Positions 1 through 7,868 of a DNA stretch of 26,049 nt are shown here, piece after piece. The DNA comes from Bdellovibrionia bacterium (GTDB lineage: Bacteria > Bdellovibrionota > UBA1018), in contig JBJMMA010000037.1 of NCBI GenBank assembly GCA_045805065.1, positions 1-26,049 on the forward strand, given 5' to 3'. The first letter of the stretch is position 1; each line of letters starts with the position of its first letter. The position numbers and the translations under genes are program-made. The notes beneath the pieces are model-generated. The model was not told the origin of the DNA. It worked only from the letters and a program-made list of their open reading frames with translations, and did not search any database.

Positions 1-1
1 G

Positions 2-430
2 ATCAACGCCAACGAAGAGTTCGTGAAAGCGTGCCAGTGGATCTCTTCTCGCCACATGGAGGAGATCGAGATTCGAATGGGACTGGATACCATTTCCAAG
101 TACTCAGAACGGTTCGCCCGAGATCTTGCTCCGTTTGCCGAGCATTACGGAAAACATGACGCGAAAGAGCCCCATGAACTTCGCGAAACCTTGTTTCCTG
201 TCATGCGGGCCGGAGATTTTGGCCTGACCCGAGATCTTCATGCGCTCTATCTGCTCTGGTCGGAGATCCATGTTTCACTCACGATCCTGGGCCAGAGTTC
301 CCGCGAATTGCGTGACAAGGAACTCTACAAGCTTTGTAACGAGTTTGAAAAAAATCACATGAAACAAAAACGCTGGATCTTGACTCAACTCAAACACCGA
401 GGCCCGCACTCATTGGTGGTTCCAGTATGA
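2..430 (+). CDS. 5'-truncated CDS; helical C-terminal region resembling the tail domain of some molybdopterin oxidoreductases (or its stand-alone form)
   Basis: Frame is open from window position 2 (INANEEFVKACQ...). The segment GLTRDLHALYLL...LGQSSRELRDKEL...WILTQLKHRGPHSLVVP resembles, from recall, the 'LLRDLQDLY...AAQALRDxEL...KQAAPQALVV' tail of molybdopterin oxidoreductases. Lies directly upstream of a Moco cluster. Confidence 0.6.
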   Translation: MNANEEFVKACQWISSRHMEEIEIRMGLDTISKYSERFARDLAPFAEHYGKHDAKEPHELRETLFPVMRAGDFGLTRDLHALYLLWSEIHVSLTILGQSSRELRDKELYKLCNEFEKNHMKQKRWILTQLKHRGPHSLVVPV

Positions 431-996
431 AAGAACGCGCACCGCTTCGCCTTCTCTATGATCAGAACGCCGAAACCGCGGCAAAGCATCCCGGCTTAGG
501 CGCTGTACCCACGATTATTTGGGCACCACTGACGGGTGCAGTAATCACACTGGTCGCGGGTTTTCTTGGCCTGGCCACGCATCAGCTTTGGCTCTTTCCA
601 AGTCTTGCACCGACTGCCTATTTGTACGCCGCAACGCCTCACCTTCCCTCCGCTCGCCTCTACAACACGATTGTGGGTCATGGGATTGCCATGGGAGCAG
701 GCTTCGTCTCCGTGTTGATTTTGGGAACTCATCACGTGCCCTCTGCCTTAGTCACCCATCAACTTGAACCGGTGCGAATCTGGGCCTCAGCTCTTGCCAT
801 TTTCTTTACGCTCCTCGTTCAGGTACCTCTTCGAGCTGCACATGCTCCAGCAGCCGCCACGGCGCTTCTCGTCTCTTTGGGTTTGTTTCAGCCGACGTGG
901 AGTGACGCAAGAATCATCCTTTTAGGCGTCCTGATCACTGCACTCGTCGGAGAACCTCTTCGCCGCATCAGGCTAGCGCAGCCGGGTCAAAAATAA
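427..996 (+). CDS. HPP-family integral membrane protein
   Basis: Multiple hydrophobic helices; FPSLAPTA, PSARLYNTIVGH and HAPAAATAL (HPP-motif variant); ATGA overlap with the upstream gene. Confidence 0.85.
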   Translation: MKERAPLRLLYDQNAETAAKHPGLGAVPTIIWAPLTGAVITLVAGFLGLATHQLWLFPSLAPTAYLYAATPHLPSARLYNTIVGHGIAMGAGFVSVLILGTHHVPSALVTHQLEPVRIWASALAIFFTLLVQVPLRAAHAPAAATALLVSLGLFQPTWSDARIILLGVLITALVGEPLRRIRLAQPGQK

Positions 997-1083
997 CGAC
1001 TGTCATATTCGACGAAACTTTCCTGACCGAGCTGCCTTAAGGCTCTCCGCTTGCATGATTGCAAGCGGTGGATGCAACGGATC

Positions 1084-2094
1084 ATGCATGAGCTTCAGGA
1101 GCTCCAAGAACTCCAAAAACTCCAAGACGGATTCGGAAGACAGTTCTCCTATCTGCGGCTCTCCATTACGGATGCCTGCAATTTTCGCTGCGCGTATTGC
1201 CTTCCCAATGGCTATCAAAATACCCACCGTGACGAGACGTATCTTTCTCTCTCTGAGATCAGAAATCTCGTTACCGCTTTTGCGCAGCTTGGCATGTGGA
1301 AAATCCGACTCACTGGAGGGGAGCCGACGCTACGACGCGATCTTCCAGAACTGATTCAGCTGATCTCAATTACGCCAGGCATCGGGAAAGTCGCGCTCTC
1401 CACCAATGGTCATCGCTTGAGCTCGATTCTACCTCTCCTGATTCGCTCAGGCCTCAGTGCACTCAATGTCAGCATCGACAGCCTGGATCCAGTTCGTTTT
1501 CAAAAGCTCACGGGCAACGATCGCCTCGGGGAGATTCTGGATGCAACGGAATGGGCCATTCAAAACACCACTCTGCAGCTCAAAGTGAACGCTGTCTTGC
1601 TTCAAGATACACTTGATCAGGACCTGGGCACTTTTCTGGAATGGATCCGAAAGCGCCCGGTCAGTGTTCGTTTTATCGAACTCATGCCAACAAGTCAGAA
1701 TCAGGCATTCTTCAAGTCCCAGCATTTCAGCGCGGGCCCACTCAGGCAAAAGCTTTTATCCCAGGGATGGAAAGAGCGTGCGAGATCCGAGGGCGACGGA
1801 CCCGCACTCGAATTCATGCATCCGGACTTCCTCGGGCGGGTTGGGATCATCGCTCCTTACTCAAGCGAGTTCTGCAAAACCTGCAACCGACTGCGAGTCA
1901 CAAGCCGTGGCGCCTTAAGACTTTGCTTGTTTGCTGAGGGAGAGCACTCGATTCGCCATCTCCTTCAGGACCCCTCGCAGATTCCTGAACTGAAACATTA
2001 TCTCTGCTCCCTTTTGCAGAAAAAAGAAGTCTCACATTACCTTCCGGAGGGCCGATATGGAAACAACTCGACGTTCTCAGCCATGGGAGGCTGA
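1084..2094 (+). CDS. moaA: GTP 3',8-cyclase (radical SAM)
   Basis: YLRLSITDACNFRCAYC (CxxxCxxC), KIRLTGGEP, RFIELMP, FCKTCNRLR...LCL second cluster, C-terminal GG. Start uncertain (1051 TTG, 1072 or 1084 ATG). Confidence 0.97.
   Translation: MHELQELQELQKLQDGFGRQFSYLRLSITDACNFRCAYCLPNGYQNTHRDETYLSLSEIRNLVTAFAQLGMWKIRLTGGEPTLRRDLPELIQLISITPGIGKVALSTNGHRLSSILPLLIRSGLSALNVSIDSLDPVRFQKLTGNDRLGEILDATEWAIQNTTLQLKVNAVLLQDTLDQDLGTFLEWIRKRPVSVRFIELMPTSQNQAFFKSQHFSAGPLRQKLLSQGWKERARSEGDGPALEFMHPDFLGRVGIIAPYSSEFCKTCNRLRVTSRGALRLCLFAEGEHSIRHLLQDPSQIPELKHYLCSLLQKKEVSHYLPEGRYGNNSTFSAMGG
1090..1125 (+). repeat. 4 x 9-bp degenerate tandem repeat (ELQ-ELQ-ELQ-KLQ) at moaA 5' end
   Basis: GAGCTTCAG GAGCTCCAA GAACTCCAA AAACTCCAA read directly. 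Confidence 0.85.
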
Positions 2095-3064
2095 ATCCGC
2101 ATTTCAGATGATCAATGTAGCGGAAAAAGAGCCGACGCTTCGTCGTGCGGTTGCCCGCGGAACCATTCGTCTTGCGCCAGACGCTTTCTCAGCCCTGCGC
2201 AACGGCACCAATCCTAAAGGCGATGTTTTGAAATTGGCAGAAATTGCCGGCATTCAGGCAGCAAAACGGACATCCGACCTCCTTCCGCTCTGCCATCCGC
2301 TTTTTCTGGAAAGCGTGCGCATACACTTCAAGACTCATCTTGAGTCTTATAGCATTACGGCCTTTTGCGAATGCACGCTCACCGGAAAGACGGGCGTTGA
2401 AATGGAGGCTCTCTCTGGGGTCAATGGTGCACTACTAGCCATTTATGATCTTTCAAAAGCGGTCAATCCAGTTCTTTCCATCACGGATATTCGCCTTGAG
2501 ATCAAAGAAGGCGGAAAGCACGGAACCTGGCTTCACCCGGACAGTACAGAAGCAGAAAGGGAAAGCCCTCCTGAACTCACCTTTGCTGGAATCGCCTCAG
2601 GCGTGATCACGATCAGCGATCGCTGCTCTCGTGGCGAAGCAGAAGATCGCTCAGGTCCGATCTTGAAACAAGAACTCACGAGCCGTGGAGCTGAGCTTGT
2701 GGGCCAGCTGATCGTTGAAGACGATATCAATGTGATTCGCCAGTCCATCTTGAGGCTGATCAAGGAAAACGGTGCCAACCTGATCATCACGACGGGAGGC
2801 ACAGGCCTGGGGCCACGGGACCAGACTCCTGAGGCGCTGGCTCCTCTTTGGACCCGCAAGCTTCCTGGCTTTGGCGAGCTTCTTCGCTCACATGGCTCAA
2901 GGCAAACCGAGATGTCGTGGCTATCGCGCAGCGAAGCAGGTCTCATCGGTGAGACTCTCGTCGTCCTTTTGCCAGGAAGCTCAAAAGCCGTACAAGACGG
3001 GATTACGGTTCTGGAACGAATCATTCCTCATGCTCTCTCCATTGCGCAAGGGGGTGGCCATTGA
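2057..3064 (+). CDS. moaCB: Bifunctional MoaC / MogA-MoaB fusion (cPMP synthase + molybdopterin adenylyltransferase)
   Basis: N-half: KGDVL..AEIAGIQAAKRTSDLLPLCHP, GKTGVEMEAL, IYDLSKAV, KEGGK. C-half: ITISDR, DRSG, TTGGTGLGPRDQTPEA, LPGS. Start may be ATG 2108. Confidence 0.95.
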   Translation: METTRRSQPWEAESAFQMINVAEKEPTLRRAVARGTIRLAPDAFSALRNGTNPKGDVLKLAEIAGIQAAKRTSDLLPLCHPLFLESVRIHFKTHLESYSITAFCECTLTGKTGVEMEALSGVNGALLAIYDLSKAVNPVLSITDIRLEIKEGGKHGTWLHPDSTEAERESPPELTFAGIASGVITISDRCSRGEAEDRSGPILKQELTSRGAELVGQLIVEDDINVIRQSILRLIKENGANLIITTGGTGLGPRDQTPEALAPLWTRKLPGFGELLRSHGSRQTEMSWLSRSEAGLIGETLVVLLPGSSKAVQDGITVLERIIPHALSIAQGGGH

Positions 3065-4356
3065 AACTATACTCGGAAGCTCTGACACTTCTTCGAAGCT
3101 CTGCAACTCAGCGCACGCTTCCAGTGGAAACGCTTCCTCTCATGAGAACGCTTGAACGGATCGTGGATGAGCCTGTTCAAAGCCCTGAGGAAGTCCCCTC
3201 TTTTGACAACTCCGCGATGGATGGCTTTGCCGTCCACGCTGACAGAGTCAAAAGCGCATCTCGCGAAAATCCTGTCCGATTCAAAGTGGCCGGGACGATC
3301 ATGGCGGGAGATCCGCCGCCTCAAGGCCAAAGTGCAGAATTAGCATGGGAAATCATGACCGGCGCTCCGATGCCTCTGGGTCCGCAAAACTCCGTCATCA
3401 AAATAGAAGAAGTCGAAGTGCTTCGTGATTCAAAAGGTCAGGCTCAGGAAGTCATCATCCGGCGCCCGGTGGAGTTTGAAGAGAATGTGCGCGGCCGAGG
3501 CGAAGATTTTCAGATCGGACAAACGGTTCTAGCCGCAGGAACAAGAATTCTTCCAGAGCATATCATGGCCCTGGCAAGTCTTGGGATCCGCTCGCTCCGC
3601 GTAAGAGCCCGCCCCAGGATCGCCATCATCTCAACCGGAGATGAGCTCGTGGATCATGAGACGGAAAGTCTACAGCCCGGGATGATCCGAAACTCCACAG
3701 GCCCTTATCTCACCACGGCGGCTTCCCTTTATGGTGCGGAAGCGAGATTTTACGGACAGGTCAGCGATTCTATCCCCAAGTTTTTAAAACTGCTGGAGAA
3801 AGCCAGGGCTGAGAATCCCGATATCATTCTGACCACTGGAGCAGTCTCCATGGGAAAACATGATTTCATCCCAGACGCTCTCAAGAAAATCGGCGCGGAT
3901 ATTTTGTACCATAAAGTTGCGATCCGACCAGGCAAGCCCGGGATCTTTGCTGAGCTGCCATCCCAAAATGGAAAACCAGGGCCTGTCTTCTTTGGAAGCC
4001 CGGGGAATCCGATATCGACTGCGGTGGCGCTCCGGTTTTTTGTCTGGCCATATCTTCGCGAGCTTCAAAGGCTACCGCCTGAACTTCCAACGACCGCAAC
4101 GCTCTCTCAGCCATCCTCCCAACCCGTGAGTAAGCCGGAAGGACTTCGCTGCTTTTTCAAAGCTCATCTTGAGGCGGATGAAAAAGGCAGCCGAGTGATC
4201 GCGCTCAAGGGACAACCCTCTTTCATGGTGAGCCCACTTCTTGCGGCCAATTCCTGGGTCATCTTTCCGGAAGAGGGATCCTCGATGGCAGCTCATTCAA
4301 CGGTTCATGTCTATCCTCTTTATCCGCTTTCAGATCGCAAGGAGGGATCACTCTAA
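3061..4356 (+). CDS. moeA: Molybdopterin molybdenumtransferase
   Basis: PSFDNSAMDGFAV, IMTGAPMP, STGDEL, TTGAVSMGKHD, IRPGKP, PGNPIS. Confidence 0.96.
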   Translation: MKLYSEALTLLRSSATQRTLPVETLPLMRTLERIVDEPVQSPEEVPSFDNSAMDGFAVHADRVKSASRENPVRFKVAGTIMAGDPPPQGQSAELAWEIMTGAPMPLGPQNSVIKIEEVEVLRDSKGQAQEVIIRRPVEFEENVRGRGEDFQIGQTVLAAGTRILPEHIMALASLGIRSLRVRARPRIAIISTGDELVDHETESLQPGMIRNSTGPYLTTAASLYGAEARFYGQVSDSIPKFLKLLEKARAENPDIILTTGAVSMGKHDFIPDALKKIGADILYHKVAIRPGKPGIFAELPSQNGKPGPVFFGSPGNPISTAVALRFFVWPYLRELQRLPPELPTTATLSQPSSQPVSKPEGLRCFFKAHLEADEKGSRVIALKGQPSFMVSPLLAANSWVIFPEEGSSMAAHSTVHVYPLYPLSDRKEGSL

Positions 4357-4643
4357 TGAAGCAGATGATGATTCAGGTGAAAATCGAGCTTTTTGGTGCT
4401 TTCAAACGGTTTGCAAAGCATGATGACTTGGAACTGCGCCTCGAGCCGGGCACGAGTCTCTCTGACCTCAGGAAAGCGCTTGCGAGAGCGCTTCAGTCTG
4501 TCAATCCTCAAGCGTCTCATGAACCGATTCAAAGTCTGCTCGAGTCATCCGCGTTTGCTGATGAGAAAGCGATCCTCAGTGAAAGCCTGAGCCTGGATCG
4601 CGATACGACCATCGCGGTGCTGCCACCGGTATGTGGAGGTTAA
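4356..4643 (+). CDS. moaD: Molybdopterin synthase sulfur carrier subunit
   Basis: ThiS/MoaD-size protein ending IAVLPPVCGG; GGAGG SD upstream; lies between moeA and moaE. Confidence 0.92.
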   Translation: MKQMMIQVKIELFGAFKRFAKHDDLELRLEPGTSLSDLRKALARALQSVNPQASHEPIQSLLESSAFADEKAILSESLSLDRDTTIAVLPPVCGG

Positions 4644-4645
4644 AC

Positions 4646-5083
4646 ATGCATTACATTCGACTCACACCAGAACCCATCGATCCCGCACTTGTTCAAGGAC
4701 TGCTCTCTGATCCACGCCACGGAGCCCAGCTTCTTTTTCATGGAGTCGTGCGAAACTCCAATCATGGCAGACAGGTGCAAGCGGTCTCGTACGACGCCTA
4801 CCTACCTCTCGCTGAAACTTGTTTCCGGGAAATCTGTCAGGAAGCCTCCGACCGTTGGGGCGATACTCTGCAAGTCGCGCTGATTCATCGAGTGGGCCGC
4901 CTTGAAGTGGGCGAAATCAGCGTCAGCATTGCAATCGGGCTTCCTCACCGGGACGAGGCTTATCAGGCCTCTCGCTATGTGATTGAGGAATTGAAAAAGC
5001 GAGCTCCGATCTGGAAAAAAGAACATTACGTCGACGGAGAAAGCGAATGGCTGCAAGGCCACGCGCTTTGCTTTCATGGCTAA
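4646..5083 (+). CDS. moaE: Molybdopterin synthase catalytic subunit
   Basis: GAQLLFHGVVR, HRVGRL, PHRDEAY, LKKRAPIWKKE; ATG 4646 preceded by GGAGGT. Confidence 0.96.
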   Translation: MHYIRLTPEPIDPALVQGLLSDPRHGAQLLFHGVVRNSNHGRQVQAVSYDAYLPLAETCFREICQEASDRWGDTLQVALIHRVGRLEVGEISVSIAIGLPHRDEAYQASRYVIEELKKRAPIWKKEHYVDGESEWLQGHALCFHG

Positions 5084-5131
5084 TTTCATGGCTAATTTCA
5101 GGGCTAATTTCAGGGCTAATTTCAGGGCTGA
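5072..5131 (+). repeat. 5 x 12-bp tandem repeat TTTCA(T/G)GGCT(A/G)A at the moaE/mobA junction
   Basis: TTTCATGGCTAA x2, TTTCAGGGCTAA x2, TTTCAGGGCTGA. Confidence 0.95.
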
Positions 5132-5702
5132 TCCAAGGTTTCGCCTGGCAGGAATTGTTCTGGCTGGAGGCCAGTCACGACGAATGGGAAGAGATAAGGC
5201 CACACTTTCCTACGGCTCGCATTCCTGGATGGATCAGATGATCCGGACACTTCAAGCAGTGCCTTGTGAGCAGGTATGGATTAGCGGAGATCGCCCATCA
5301 GACCTGACGCAAGCGCGGTGCATACCCGATCGTGTCGCAGGGCTTGGCCCACTGGGAGGCTTGGCGAGCGTCATCCCTGATTCAGGTTTTACGCACCTGG
5401 TGGTCGTACCTGTGGACATGCCGCAACTCATTCCGGATCTCCTTCGAACGCTTTTGCAATCGGTGGGAGACGCCGATGCGGCTATTTTCAGAAATCATCC
5501 CCTTCCTTTTGTTTGCAAGATCACAAACCGACTCATTGAAACGCTCGATTCGCTCTGCGCGCCACAAGTGCCTTCCCGTCATCGGTCCTTTCAGACACTC
5601 AGCCGTTGCCTGCAAACAAAAGAGATCCTGCTCTCACAATCCTTTGAAAAGCATGTTCGAAACTTCAACACCCCAGAGGATCTCACGGAGCTTGCTGCAT
5701 GA
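5076..5702 (+). CDS. mobA: Molybdenum cofactor guanylyltransferase
   Basis: IVLAGGQSRRMGRDKA, GPLGGL, VPVDMP, NFNTPEDL. Confidence 0.95.
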   Translation: MANFMANFRANFRANFRADPRFRLAGIVLAGGQSRRMGRDKATLSYGSHSWMDQMIRTLQAVPCEQVWISGDRPSDLTQARCIPDRVAGLGPLGGLASVIPDSGFTHLVVVPVDMPQLIPDLLRTLLQSVGDADAAIFRNHPLPFVCKITNRLIETLDSLCAPQVPSRHRSFQTLSRCLQTKEILLSQSFEKHVRNFNTPEDLTELAA

Positions 5703-6049
5703 ATCTACGATTATCTAAAGAGTCCGTCCGCTTCAGAATCACCCGCGCCGAACTTGAGCATCTTTTAAAAACGGGAGAGCTCAGTGAGCAGACCTCTTTT
5801 CCCGGTGGAAAGACTTTCACCTACAGAGTGCTGACTGCTTCTCAAGACGCGTTGGGACTATCTCTGGAATACAGAGACGGTGAGATTCTGCTCTTTGCGC
5901 CGCATTTCCAGCTCCATGATATGCACTCTCGGCCCCCTGCAAAGGATCTGGGATGTTATCAGGACTTGTTCCACGAAGAGGGAAAGCCATTAAGAGTGGC
6001 GCTCGAAGTCGATCTCCACGGAGAGCGAAAGATCAGGGCAAGAGTTTAG
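5699..6049 (+). CDS. Conserved hypothetical protein (resembles DUF7009-type family, from recall)
   Basis: ATGA-coupled to mobA; N-terminal MNLRLSKESVRFRI..EL pattern and C-terminal LRVALEVD. Confidence 0.7.
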   Translation: MNLRLSKESVRFRITRAELEHLLKTGELSEQTSFPGGKTFTYRVLTASQDALGLSLEYRDGEILLFAPHFQLHDMHSRPPAKDLGCYQDLFHEEGKPLRVALEVDLHGERKIRARV

Positions 6050-7117
6050 CCCCCCTTTGAGGTGAAAAAATTTTCCTGAGTGTTGAGGCTCCATCTCCAA
6101 AAGTCGTTCAAGCGCTTCACGTGATCGGATGCCGCTTTGACAGTACAGAACGGTGATGCACTCAGAGTCCAGCGTGGGCTTTTCTCCGAGCCTGATCAGA
6201 GACATCGGGAAAAGCTCGGCCCGCGGAAGATGCCCGACTTTCCATTCATCCTCTTCACGAACATCAATGAGTCGGACATGGAGCTGCGGGCTTTCCATCA
6301 AAAGCTTCTGAAGGCCTGATGAATCGATCTCCGCGGCCGGGCCTAAAGCCCTGCACTGAACCGGCAGATCCACAAGCTCGATGGATTCTCGAGGCAGAGA
6401 GCAGGCCGGGCAATCCGACTTGCCTTCAATGCCCAAAGTACGTGCTCTCATCGAAAGCGCGTCCCAGATAAATAGTTTACCCACAAGAGCAGGAAGGCCC
6501 ACAAGCACCTTGATCGCCTCAATCGCCTGCATACTGCCGATCACTCCAGCAACTGCTCCTAAAACTCCAGACTCCGCGCAATTGGGTACATAGGCCTTGG
6601 GAGCCGCAGGATACAGACAGCGATAGCAGGGCCCGCCATCTGCTCCAAAGACACTCAGCTGCCCTTCCATTCGCGAGATGGATCCGTAGACCACTTTTTT
6701 TCCTAATCGCAAAGCCGCATCATTGATCAGAAACTTAGCCGAGAAATTATCCGTTCCATCCACGATCACATCGTACTGCGCCATGATTTCCAATGCGTTC
6801 TCTGCGGTGAGCCGATCCGGCAGCGCATCAATCTGGATGGACGAATTGAGCTCCTTGAGATGTTTCTTTGCCTGGAGCGCTTTGAATTCTCCTTGGTCCT
6901 GCTCGCGAAAAACAATCTGGCGCTGCAGATTGCTCTCATCGACGCGATCAGGATCGATCAGGCCGATACGACCCACTCCTGCTGCCGCAAGATAAAGAGA
7001 AACAGGTGAGCCCAGACCTCCTACCCCTACGCAAAGGACAGAAGCCTGCCTTAATTTTTCCTGACCCGCTTTTCCAATCTCGGGAAGAATCGTCTGACGC
7101 AAGTAGCGATCGCTCAT
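5990..7117 (-). CDS. moeB: Molybdopterin-synthase adenylyltransferase with C-terminal rhodanese domain (MoeB/MoeZ type)
   Basis: RYLRQ, GVGGLG, SNLQRQ, DGTDNF, CYRC, NCAESGVLG, CPAC; rhodanese IDVRE...YCQSGIRS...LKGG. Confidence 0.95.
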   Translation of the reverse strand: MSDRYLRQTILPEIGKAGQEKLRQASVLCVGVGGLGSPVSLYLAAAGVGRIGLIDPDRVDESNLQRQIVFREQDQGEFKALQAKKHLKELNSSIQIDALPDRLTAENALEIMAQYDVIVDGTDNFSAKFLINDAALRLGKKVVYGSISRMEGQLSVFGADGGPCYRCLYPAAPKAYVPNCAESGVLGAVAGVIGSMQAIEAIKVLVGLPALVGKLFIWDALSMRARTLGIEGKSDCPACSLPRESIELVDLPVQCRALGPAAEIDSSGLQKLLMESPQLHVRLIDVREEDEWKVGHLPRAELFPMSLIRLGEKPTLDSECITVLYCQSGIRSREALERLLEMEPQHSGKFFHLKGGLNSCPDLSLSVEIDFERHS

Positions 7118-7131
7118 AGCGCGTTTTTACA

Positions 7132-7148
7132 AGCAAGTGCTCAGCCAA
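7132..7148 (-). promoter_or_regulatory. Possible sigma54 -24/-12 promoter upstream of moeB
   Basis: Minus strand TTGGCTGAGCACTTGCT = GG-N10-GC with TGGC...TTGCT. Confidence 0.35.
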
Positions 7149-7151
7149 ACT

Positions 7152-7796
7152 CTATGCGGCTCTTGGCTCCATCGTTCCTAAACGCTCTCTCAGCTCGGAC
7201 TCAGGCAAATCGCTGCCATAGGTCGGTGTTCCAACGTCAAAGCGCTTTGCTTCCTCAAGCTCTCCCACAATCACAGGAGCAAAGCCCGCGTCCCGGACCA
7301 GTTTCGAGACGACGCGTAGTGCCTCCTTGTCGTCGGAGGCGAGAGGTACACCGATCAGATCGCCTGATCGATTGGCCTGCGACTCAAACGTTTCAGCGTG
7401 AACCGAGTTAAAGGCACGCACAACTCGCGCCCCCGGAATCTGCTTGGCCGTCCAAACCCCCGTTCCGCGCCCCGAGCGAAGCGCTTCCTGAGCAGCTTCT
7501 CCGTCCCGCTCGGGATACGGATTGCAGGTATCCATCACGATTTTCCCGCGAAGCGTATTCCGGATTTTCTCACTGAGCTTCGGAACTTCTCCCAAGGGAA
7601 TGGTCAGAAGCACGACATCGCCAGAGCGGGCAGCATCCTCCGGCGAGACAGCAATCGCCTTCTTGCCCAGCTGCTTTGCTAAGCGCTCAGCACTTTCCAC
7701 GTGCTTTGCGCTTAGCAAAACCTCATAGCCTGCGTTGACCCAGTGGCGTGCGATCGCGCTTCCGATATTCCCGCATCCAATAATCCCGATTCTCAT
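7152..7796 (-). CDS. NADPH-dependent F420 reductase-like dinucleotide-binding oxidoreductase
   Basis: Rossmann GIIGCGNIG, DTCNPY, VVRAFNS, ASDD, GFAPV. Confidence 0.88.
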   Translation of the reverse strand: MRIGIIGCGNIGSAIARHWVNAGYEVLLSAKHVESAERLAKQLGKKAIAVSPEDAARSGDVVLLTIPLGEVPKLSEKIRNTLRGKIVMDTCNPYPERDGEAAQEALRSGRGTGVWTAKQIPGARVVRAFNSVHAETFESQANRSGDLIGVPLASDDKEALRVVSKLVRDAGFAPVIVGELEEAKRFDVGTPTYGSDLPESELRERLGTMEPRAA

Positions 7797-7804
7797 GAAA
7801 TATT

Positions 7805-7857
7805 AAACAAGCAATGGGTATACCCATGGACAAATAAGCAATGGGTACACGCATTGC
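7805..7857. promoter_or_regulatory. Two 27-bp-period repeats, each palindromic (candidate tandem operators)
   Basis: AAACAAGCAATGGGTATACCCAT and AAATAAGCAATGGGTACACGCAT; perfect palindrome ATGGGTATACCCAT at 7814-7827; GCAATG-N8-CATTGC at 7838-7857. Confidence 0.6.
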
Positions 7858-7868
7858 CGGACGCCCTT

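Noticed and set aside
5072..5131. Repeats (also 22199-22238) as a CRISPR array
   Set aside because: Units are 12-15 bp, directly adjacent with no spacers, and no cas genes are present.
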